Sequence record: PV390659.2
From: Escherichia phage vB_EcoM_P8
DNA: 64,000 bases
Direction: 5' to 3' (one strand)
The notes under the pieces: generated by a model
Seen by the model: only the letters and a program-made list of their open reading frames with translations
What the model was told of the DNA's origin: nothing
Databases searched by the model: none
Shown: positions 51,061 through 58,089 of the stretch, piece after piece
Position numbering within the stretch: the stretch's first letter is position 1
Layout of the letters: every line of letters starts with the position of its first letter
Position numbers and translations under genes: made by a program

Positions 51061-51135
51061 GGATGTGTAGCTCAATGGCAGAGCGATCGCCTGTTAAGCG
51101 ATTGGTTATAGGTTCGAATCCTATCACGTCCGCCA
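51061..51135 (+). tRNA. tRNA-Asn (anticodon GUU)
   Basis: clean 75-nt cloverleaf: acceptor GGATGTG/CACGTCC, D-stem GCTC/GAGC, anticodon loop CTGTTAA, T-loop TTCGAAT, CCA encoded. Confidence 0.75.
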
Positions 51136-51139
51136 AATC

Positions 51140-51215
51140 CGAGGCATAGCTCAGAAGGAAGAGCAAGGACCTTCTAAGTCCTAGGTCGTAGGTTCGATCC
51201 CTACTGCCTCGACCA
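51140..51215 (+). tRNA. tRNA-Arg (anticodon UCU)
   Basis: acceptor CGAGGCA/TGCCTCG; anticodon loop cTTCTaa. Confidence 0.85.
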
Positions 51216-51231
51216 ATTAAGTGAGGAAAAT

Positions 51232-51582
51232 ATGAAAGGTAATGTTTATTTAGTAGTTCATGATTTAACATTCTATTTTAATCATAATGACACTGTTATT
51301 TCTGAACGTGTAATTAATTTACTTTATCAGCATGCAGATTATGTTTATGTCGAAAACGAATATGGTCATTGGCAATTTCTCAAAAATCGTTCATTTGGTT
51401 TAGATGGTTACGAATATTTTGAACGTAAAGACCTTTTAGATAAAATTCCGTTATCTACACAATATCAAAATCATAAGTCTTTATATAAATGCCGTCCAAT
51501 TCGAAATGCTGAATCTGCGTATGAAGTAATTGATTTATGGCGTAAACGTCGTGAACAGGTTGATGCTTTAAAAGAATACTAA
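51232..51582 (+). CDS. hypothetical protein, 116 aa
   Basis: ORF with GAGGAAAA ribosome-binding site directly after tRNA-Arg. Confidence 0.5.
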   Translation: MKGNVYLVVHDLTFYFNHNDTVISERVINLLYQHADYVYVENEYGHWQFLKNRSFGLDGYEYFERKDLLDKIPLSTQYQNHKSLYKCRPIRNAESAYEVIDLWRKRREQVDALKEY

Positions 51583-51886
51583 GAAACCGGGTCGCTACCG
51601 GTAAGTCGTCGGACTGATGTTCCCTGGAGTATAGTTTCTCCCACAGTTTTACTGTGTTCTGATTCTTTACTATCACAGCAGAAACGGCGCACCGAATTAT
51701 CGATTCGAGGAAATATCTTTGCCGTAAGCCGAGTAGCGTTTTTGGCGGAACGTTCGGATATGGTCGAGATATGGCCTTTTAAAAATATTGAGTAGCGTCA
51801 ACTGCTTAATAACCGGGTTCGAATCCCGGCGTTTCGTACAAACACTTGCCTTAGCAGGTGGAACCCCGACAAGGTTGCCGCAAGGC
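51583..51886 (+). ncRNA. candidate small stable RNA locus (analogous to the T4 species 1/2 RNAs at the distal end of the tRNA cluster)
   Basis: about 300 nt with no ORF; tRNA-like T-arm CCGGG-TTCGAAT-CCCGG at 51813..51829; ends at a strong terminator. Confidence 0.35.
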
Positions 51887-51888
51887 TT

Positions 51889-51917
51889 AGCCCCGACCGA
51901 AAGGTTGGGGCTTTTTA
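51889..51917 (+). terminator. intrinsic terminator (10-bp stem, GAAA tetraloop, U5)
   Basis: agccccgacc-gaaa-ggttggggct + ttttt. Confidence 0.8.
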
Positions 51918-51918
51918 G

Positions 51919-51926
51919 TATAAATA
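51919..51926 (+). promoter_or_regulatory. late promoter TATAAATA upstream of the 157-aa CTS-like gene
   Basis: exact TATAAATA 40 nt upstream of ATG 51967. Confidence 0.6.
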
Positions 51927-51966
51927 TAGTAGTATATTAAATCCACGAATTAAAACAGGAAATAAG

Positions 51967-52440
51967 ATGAAATCATATGCTCAATTTTTAAATGAAGCGG
52001 TGTTAAATGAAGCATCTAGCACCGAAATTCAAGCTGTCGCAAAAGCAGCCATTGCAGCGGGTAAATATTCCTATAAAGATGCTTCTGACGAATCACGATT
52101 CCAGTTTGCTCGCGACATGAAAGCAGAAGGATTTACGGGAAATGCAGTTAGTATGGCCTGGAAAAGTTTAGTTGCTACTGGCGCTGCTTTTGCAAAGGCT
52201 TCAGGTAAACCTGCTCCTAAAGCAGATCCTAAAGCTGCACAAGAAAAAAATATCGTTAAAGGAATTATCGCTAAATATGAAGCTATCCTTAAAGAGCTTT
52301 TAGTAATCAAAACCGAAGGCCAAAAGTTAGCCCGCGCTTATAGTTTCAAAGATAATCCACATGCTCACTCTCTTGAGTATGTTGAAGACATCCAAAAAAT
52401 TATTAAAGACCGCATTTGGTCTGCTAAACAAATCAAATAA
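51967..52440 (+). CDS. candidate internal (head-packaged) protein, 157 aa, with a capsid-targeting-sequence-like N-terminus
   Basis: N-terminus MKSYAQFLNEAVLNEA resembles the T-even CTS (MKTYQEF...) with L-x-E protease sites; late promoter; AGGAAATAAG ribosome-binding site. Confidence 0.6.
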   Translation: MKSYAQFLNEAVLNEASSTEIQAVAKAAIAAGKYSYKDASDESRFQFARDMKAEGFTGNAVSMAWKSLVATGAAFAKASGKPAPKADPKAAQEKNIVKGIIAKYEAILKELLVIKTEGQKLARAYSFKDNPHAHSLEYVEDIQKIIKDRIWSAKQIK

Positions 52441-52446
52441 CATTTT

Positions 52447-52474
52447 AGCCCCGACCGAAAGGTTGGGGCTTTTT
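52447..52474 (+). terminator. intrinsic terminator, second copy of the same hairpin
   Basis: sequence identical to the 51889 hairpin, followed by tttt. Confidence 0.8.
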
Positions 52475-52603
52475 GATATCTAGGCCTTTCTGGACCTCTC
52501 TAGGCATCATTTAGTTTATACCCTTTATAATATATTATCCTATCCTTTAATTGCCCATCCCTGCCCTAGAATTCCCTAAAACTTTTTAAAAATTTTTTCA
52601 CAA

Positions 52604-52640
52604 AACGGTTTACATCCCCGTTCTTCCATGGTACTATACA
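52604..52640 (+). promoter_or_regulatory. early-type promoter module, third related copy
   Basis: ttcacaaaacGGTTTACAt ... gGTACTATACA. Confidence 0.45.
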
Positions 52641-52681
52641 ACTATCAACTACTGATACAGAAAAACAACTTGGAGAATGAA

Positions 52682-52945
52682 ATGGATAATTACGGCGAAC
52701 TGTTCAACTTCTTTATGAAATGCGTTTCAGAAGATTTCGGTCGTACAGTGAATGATATTAAAGTTATCGGTCCTGATCATCCGATGTTTGAAACTTACGC
52801 AGTAATGGGTAATGAAGATGGTCAGTGGTATACTGTAAAGGTTGTGATTAACATGTTCACTGCTGAAGGTTATGTTAAACTGTCTTCTAAAGTTTACCAT
52901 GATAACGACGAAATCGCAGAAGAATATTTTAATAATATGAAATAA
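52682..52945 (+). CDS. hypothetical protein, 87 aa
   Basis: start moved to ATG 52682 behind a GGAGAA ribosome-binding site. Confidence 0.5.
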   Translation: MDNYGELFNFFMKCVSEDFGRTVNDIKVIGPDHPMFETYAVMGNEDGQWYTVKVVINMFTAEGYVKLSSKVYHDNDEIAEEYFNNMK

Positions 52946-52975
52946 GTTTACATAGGCTCATGATTGAGATATTAT
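52946..52975 (+). promoter_or_regulatory. early-type promoter (GTTTACA ... TATTAT) overlapping a 9-bp-stem hairpin
   Basis: -35-like at 52946..52952, -10-like at 52970..52975; palindrome taggctcat/atgagccta at 52953..52982. Confidence 0.4.
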
Positions 52976-53000
52976 GAGCCTATAATTTGAGGAAACTGTT

Positions 53001-53531
53001 ATGTCTCTTTATACCGAACTGAATGAAACTTCCGAAAAATCTTTTGATGGTATCTTATCAATAATGCAAAAGCAGGTATTAGAACAGCTTAGTGAAGCCG
53101 CAAGCAACGGACATAAGGCTTGTCGAATCCCAAGCCCACATCGTCGCCTGTATGAACGCCCTCTTATTAATTGGCTAGAAAGCGAAGGTCTTACAGTTAA
53201 GATTTGTCCTGCCAAATTTGATGTCCCACGTATTCTTAATATTTACTGGGATAAACCGATTGAGAAACCGATTGAGAAAAGTGAACCTTGGGTTGTCAAT
53301 GTAAAAACATATGATAATGGATGCTCACTTGAGGTGTCTGCTGTAATTAAAGGCACTCACGGTGAAAAATCGTGGGGTTGGCCTGGTAAAGATAAAGAAA
53401 TCGTGTTAAGTGTAAAAGCTACTAGTATTAGTACTCCTATAGCTAAAAGCATTATCGCCGCCGCTGTTGAAGAAGCTGAACGAATTTGTAAAATTAAAAA
53501 TAGTTTACATCTCTTAAATAGCATGATATAA
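53001..53531 (+). CDS. hypothetical protein, 176 aa
   Basis: ORF; contains an in-frame 12-bp tandem duplication (KPIEKPIE). Confidence 0.55.
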   Translation: MSLYTELNETSEKSFDGILSIMQKQVLEQLSEAASNGHKACRIPSPHRRLYERPLINWLESEGLTVKICPAKFDVPRILNIYWDKPIEKPIEKSEPWVVNVKTYDNGCSLEVSAVIKGTHGEKSWGWPGKDKEIVLSVKATSISTPIAKSIIAAAVEEAERICKIKNSLHLLNSMI

Positions 53532-53574
53532 TTCTTCCACAGATTTTAATTTTTAATCAACCTAAGGAAATACT

Positions 53575-54168
53575 ATGAACACACTGAAGAAAATTGTTGA
53601 GTTTATTCGCACTAAACTTGGTTCTGCTATGGCTAAAAATCTATCTGTTGAAGAACAGTATACTGCTGCAGCAGCAAAACTTCTTGATAAAATTAAAGAC
53701 CTAAAAACTGCTTCTGTTAAATCTATTAATGAAGAAAAACGTATTCGTGAACTTGTTATCGAAAAGAATCGACAAGCCGAATCAAAAGAGCGTGAAATTC
53801 GCAAACTTCTTTCCGAAGGTCAAGATGTAACAATGCATGCTAAGCTCGGTTTACTATATCGTCGAACAGCTGAGCAGTTGACTACTAAAGCTGATGGTTA
53901 TGCTGAAATGCGAATTGAAATCGCCAAGAAAGTAGTTGAGTTAGATGATGCTCGTCAAGAACTTGCAGTTAAATTGGAATATATCCGTGAAACTCGTGCG
54001 GCAAATGCTCTTGGAATTAGTACTGCTGATGATGTAGTTGAAATCGCAGCGCTAACTAAGGTTGATATTGAAGATACCCTTGCTCGAGTTGAAACCTTTA
54101 ATGGTAATATTTCTGGGGTTGAAACTACCTCTGCCGATGTTCAGGAATACATTAATTCTCTGAAATAA
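53575..54168 (+). CDS. coiled-coil protein resembling the PspA/IM30 family, 197 aa
   Basis: all-helical heptad-rich sequence; C-terminal segment DTLARVETF resembles the PspA AMARFESFE region. Confidence 0.45.
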   Translation: MNTLKKIVEFIRTKLGSAMAKNLSVEEQYTAAAAKLLDKIKDLKTASVKSINEEKRIRELVIEKNRQAESKEREIRKLLSEGQDVTMHAKLGLLYRRTAEQLTTKADGYAEMRIEIAKKVVELDDARQELAVKLEYIRETRAANALGISTADDVVEIAALTKVDIEDTLARVETFNGNISGVETTSADVQEYINSLK

Positions 54169-54173
54169 TGATA

Positions 54174-54195
54174 AGGGGCTTCGGCCCCTATTACT
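54174..54195 (+). terminator. terminator-like hairpin after the PspA-like gene
   Basis: aggggc-ttcg-gcccct; weak U-tract. Confidence 0.4.
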
Positions 54196-54209
54196 TGGAG
54201 TAAATAGGA

Positions 54210-54818
54210 ATGAAAATGCAAAGTGATTTCAATTCAATGTTTGAAGAGTTCCAAAGACAAGTTGATGTTCCAGACCAATTACTAAATGCTCTTAAACGTA
54301 TGGCAGAAGGACGTAATTACTATTGGGGCTCTTCGTATGAAACTGATGAAAGTCTTTCTGGAAGACTTTATAGAGGTAAAAAGTCTTTAATACGTCCTGG
54401 AATACTCATTAAAAGTATTGAATCAATTCATTCATTGACATGTGATTTTGATGTTGAATTTACTGATTTCATTTCTCCTGAATGGACAGTTTGTTATTTA
54501 AATGACGATTATGATTATCTTGGCGTTTATAGTTTAAGTGACGCATGGTTTAAACGTAATTTACAAAAGTCAAATTTATTTTATATTGATACTACGGTAA
54601 AATTTCAGGGAAAGAAATATTTCTTTACTCTTATAGTTGATTCTGAAACAAAGCATGAAAATAAACGTATTCTTAGTAAAAAGAATATCTTAACTATTGT
54701 TGATGATCTTTTTGATAAATTCGTGGAAAATCCTAATTTTGAAAGCGATTTATTATTAGAAAAATTTGTTAAGGAATGTAGAGAATATGTCAAAGCCATC
54801 ACTATACCTTCCAAGTAA
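54210..54818 (+). CDS. hypothetical protein P1, 202 aa, with C-terminal F-V-x-E-C-R motif
   Basis: first gene of a translationally coupled array; C-terminus EKFVKECREY. Confidence 0.55.
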   Translation: MKMQSDFNSMFEEFQRQVDVPDQLLNALKRMAEGRNYYWGSSYETDESLSGRLYRGKKSLIRPGILIKSIESIHSLTCDFDVEFTDFISPEWTVCYLNDDYDYLGVYSLSDAWFKRNLQKSNLFYIDTTVKFQGKKYFFTLIVDSETKHENKRILSKKNILTIVDDLFDKFVENPNFESDLLLEKFVKECREYVKAITIPSK

Positions 54819-55179
54819 ACCTGTGAAGTATGAACTAAAGCGTCAGCTAATTCCTACTGATGTATTAATAGGTCCTGTGACAGCTATATCATTTGTAATT
54901 CTATTGATTGTTGGAATGGTTATAGACTTTATGACTGATATTGAATCTGGCGTAATATTTTTGTTAGTATTAATTCTTCCATTAGTAGTTCCATTTTTAT
55001 TGGTACCTGTAAATTGGGTAGGATATTGGTATCAAGGAAGGCATTATCGTAAACGTGTACGTGAATGGAAAGCTCAGTGTAAAAAGATTAAAAAGGAACA
55101 CCAGCTTAAACTAAATATGTATGAATTTAATGAAATTATGAAATTTGTTAAGGAATCACGATGCAAAAGCCAAAACTAA
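54787..55179 (+). CDS. small membrane protein P2, two TM helices, C-terminal KFVKESRCK motif
   Basis: start moved to ATG 54787; overlaps the P1 end; two hydrophobic helices. Confidence 0.55.
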   Translation: MSKPSLYLPSKPVKYELKRQLIPTDVLIGPVTAISFVILLIVGMVIDFMTDIESGVIFLLVLILPLVVPFLLVPVNWVGYWYQGRHYRKRVREWKAQCKKIKKEHQLKLNMYEFNEIMKFVKESRCKSQN

Positions 55180-55535
55180 ATAAAGTCAAATATTCTTTTT
55201 CTGAGTCATTTTTAATTTTTGCTGTAGCGTTGGCTGCAGCTCTTGCTGGTAGTCTTATTGGATTAATGATTGACTGTATTATTTTAAACATCCGCAGTAA
55301 CGTCAGCGGTATAGTAGATATAATAGAAGTTTGGAGTGAACTTCATTATACTATAGCGATTTCATTATTTTCATTCTTTGGTATTATTTTATATTTTCAT
55401 TATGATAATTTTAAAATAAATTGGCAAAGAAAAAAGGATTACAAAATACAATTAAAAGAATATAATAACTACATGTCTTATATTGAAAATGAATCAATGA
55501 AAGAATTCGTGAATGATTGTAGGAAAATCAAATGA
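55161..55535 (+). CDS. small membrane protein P3, two TM helices, C-terminal EFVNDCRKIK motif
   Basis: N-terminus MQKPKLNKVKY parallels P2 MSKPSLYLPSKPVKY; overlaps the P2 end. Confidence 0.55.
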   Translation: MQKPKLNKVKYSFSESFLIFAVALAAALAGSLIGLMIDCIILNIRSNVSGIVDIIEVWSELHYTIAISLFSFFGIILYFHYDNFKINWQRKKDYKIQLKEYNNYMSYIENESMKEFVNDCRKIK

Positions 55536-56020
55536 TTTTAAAAACTCGCTGGTATGATTTAGATGATGGGGACGATGGCATTCCAGTTGATAGAGTTGAC
55601 TGGAATGGCTGTTCCGAAGATATGAAAAATTTGTTAATTAGGGAGTTTAGAATGGGATATCAACCAGTTAAGCCATCTACTGCAACAGATGATAAATTCG
55701 TGTGTATTCAAAATGGTCGTGCTAAGTTAACGAACGCTGATTGGTTCACAGATAAGAAGGTTATTCTGTGGTATATTATTAGTTTTCCTGTGACATCATT
55801 TGTATTTTGCTTCTTTGGAGAAAGTCCAATAGGCAGAACGGAAGATTGGATTCTTTTAATTATACTTGTTAATATTTTTACAGCAGCAGTACTATCAGGA
55901 ATATGGTGCGTGTTCATTGAAATGCCATGGCGGTTACGTAGGCAGCAAAAGATTTTTGATGAAAAGAAATATACTCAAAATTTAAATAATTTTATCACTG
56001 AATGCAGGAAATTAAAATGA
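55532..56020 (+). CDS. membrane protein P4, 162 aa, two TM helices, C-terminal NFITECRKLK motif
   Basis: ATGA overlap with P3; soluble N-terminal domain then two TM helices. Confidence 0.55.
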   Translation: MILKTRWYDLDDGDDGIPVDRVDWNGCSEDMKNLLIREFRMGYQPVKPSTATDDKFVCIQNGRAKLTNADWFTDKKVILWYIISFPVTSFVFCFFGESPIGRTEDWILLIILVNIFTAAVLSGIWCVFIEMPWRLRRQQKIFDEKKYTQNLNNFITECRKLK

Positions 56021-56457
56021 AAACACTATCAGCTGGTATTATCTTTATGACCGAAGATAAAGATTTATTCATGGGACGGGTTACTGGTTCTCGTAAGCCT
56101 GGAATGATGGCACATCGCTGGGATATTCCAAAGGGCCGCGTAGAAAATTCTGATTTAAGCGCACTAGATGCAGCACGAAGAGAATGCTCAGAAGAGACCG
56201 GTTTTAGCAATTATAGTCCAGACCTTCTAAAAGACCTAGGTGTATTTAAATATTCTAGTAATAAAGACTTACAGTTATTTTATTATACGATTCCAGTAGA
56301 GCATGAGATGTTTAGAAATTGCCATTGCGAGTCTTATTTTGAAAATAAAGATGGCGTTATGATTCCAGAGATGGATGCTTTTGCTCTTATTCCTCGTACT
56401 CAGTGGCAATATGTGATGGGTCCTTCACTTTACCGAATAATGAACAGCCTCTTTTAA
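56017..56457 (+). CDS. nudE: Nudix hydrolase NudE
   Basis: Nudix box GRVENSDLSALDAARRECSEETGF; start moved to ATG 56017 (ATGA overlap with P4). Confidence 0.8.
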   Translation: MKTLSAGIIFMTEDKDLFMGRVTGSRKPGMMAHRWDIPKGRVENSDLSALDAARRECSEETGFSNYSPDLLKDLGVFKYSSNKDLQLFYYTIPVEHEMFRNCHCESYFENKDGVMIPEMDAFALIPRTQWQYVMGPSLYRIMNSLF

Positions 56458-56988
<531 letters not shown>

Positions 56989-56992
56989 AGTG

Positions 56993-57025
56993 GTTTACTT
57001 TCTCCTAGAATTGTGATAGTATATT
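56993..57025 (+). promoter_or_regulatory. early-type promoter upstream of denV
   Basis: GTTTACt ... tgTGATAGTAT. Confidence 0.4.
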
Positions 57026-57047
57026 CACAGTTACTTGGAGGGATAAA

Positions 57048-57464
57048 ATGACTCGTATTAATTTGACTTTAGTATCTGAACTTGCTGATCAACATTTAAT
57101 CGCAGAATACCGTGAATTGCCACGCGTTTTTGGTATAGTTCGTAAACACGTGGCAAATGGTAAGCGGGTTAAAGATTTTAAAATATCTTCCGAGTTTATT
57201 TTAGGTTCTGGTCATGTTACGTTCTTTTACGACAAGTTAGAATTTTTGCGAAAGCGTCAATCAGACATTATAATGGAATGCTTAAAACGTGGGTTTAGTA
57301 TAAAAGATACTGAAGTTCCTGACATCAGCGATATTCCAGCAGAATGGAAAAATGATTATAATCCATGCAAATCAGCTATTAAATTGAGTCAACAACGACT
57401 CGATGAAAAAATTTTAATGAAGCCACACTGGTACAAGTATTACGGCAAAAATATTTACATTTAA
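57048..57464 (+). CDS. denV: endonuclease V (pyrimidine-dimer DNA glycosylase)
   Basis: 138 aa; N-terminal [17 protein letters not shown]...YRELPRVFG matches T4 DenV; C-terminus diverged. Confidence 0.9.
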   Translation: MTRINLTLVSELADQHLIAEYRELPRVFGIVRKHVANGKRVKDFKISSEFILGSGHVTFFYDKLEFLRKRQSDIIMECLKRGFSIKDTEVPDISDIPAEWKNDYNPCKSAIKLSQQRLDEKILMKPHWYKYYGKNIYI

Positions 57465-57473
57465 AGGAAACAT

Positions 57474-57948
57474 ATGAAAACATATCAAGAATTTATCACT
57501 GAAGCAGCTATTAATTCTCAAATTATTGCTGAATCTTTTACTGATCTTTTGAAATTTAAAAAAAGGTCAAAAAATCACTGCTGTATTGGATGATGGTACA
57601 GAAGTTGAGATGGATGTACAGGGATATAATTATGCAGTAGATGGAAAACTGTATAATAAATCCCATGCTAAATTTGATTCATTTGACGACTTTGTTAATA
57701 CAGTTGAAGATGAAAAAACTCGTAGATCAATTTCAACTGGTGATGCTAAGGTTCTTATGGCACACGGTCATGAACGTATTCGTGCTAAACAGAATAAAAT
57801 GGGTGAAGATAATTTCGCATTAGTTGGTTATCAATCTGGTAAGCAAACTTATGGCTATCAGCGTACTGCTACCATGTATAATAAGAATGGTAAAATCGCT
57901 TTCGTGAATAGTAAAGGTTCTATTCAGTACGTCAAATCATTCAAATAA
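57474..57948 (+). pseudogene. internal-protein-like gene with a CTS leader (MKTYQEFITEA) interrupted by a +1 frameshift in an A7 run (57558..57564)
   Basis: frame-0 ORF 57474..57593 (39 aa) and frame-1 ORF ..57948 join into one 157-aa reading frame if one A is removed; strong ribosome-binding site before 57474. Confidence 0.55.
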
Positions 57949-58089
57949 TATGGGAACAACCTGGACCTCATGATTCTGTGAGGGATTCCCGCCAACCTGT
58001 AATAAGGTCGAGCCCAAGTGCGGTAATGGGTAAATACAGAAATGGACAATTCATGCGCCATGGAATGGCCCAAATTTAGAGAGAATAAA

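Noticed and set aside
51887-52474. Whether the repeated hairpins could be a CRISPR-like array
   Set aside because: Only two copies, separated by a full gene, and each is a standard stem-loop plus U-tract terminator.
54766-54786. Longer N-terminal extensions in the ORF track (for example 54766, 46396, 58042, 56002, 49773)
   Set aside because: These start at TTG/GTG or at ATGs without a ribosome-binding site; an in-frame ATG with a good site lies just downstream in each case.
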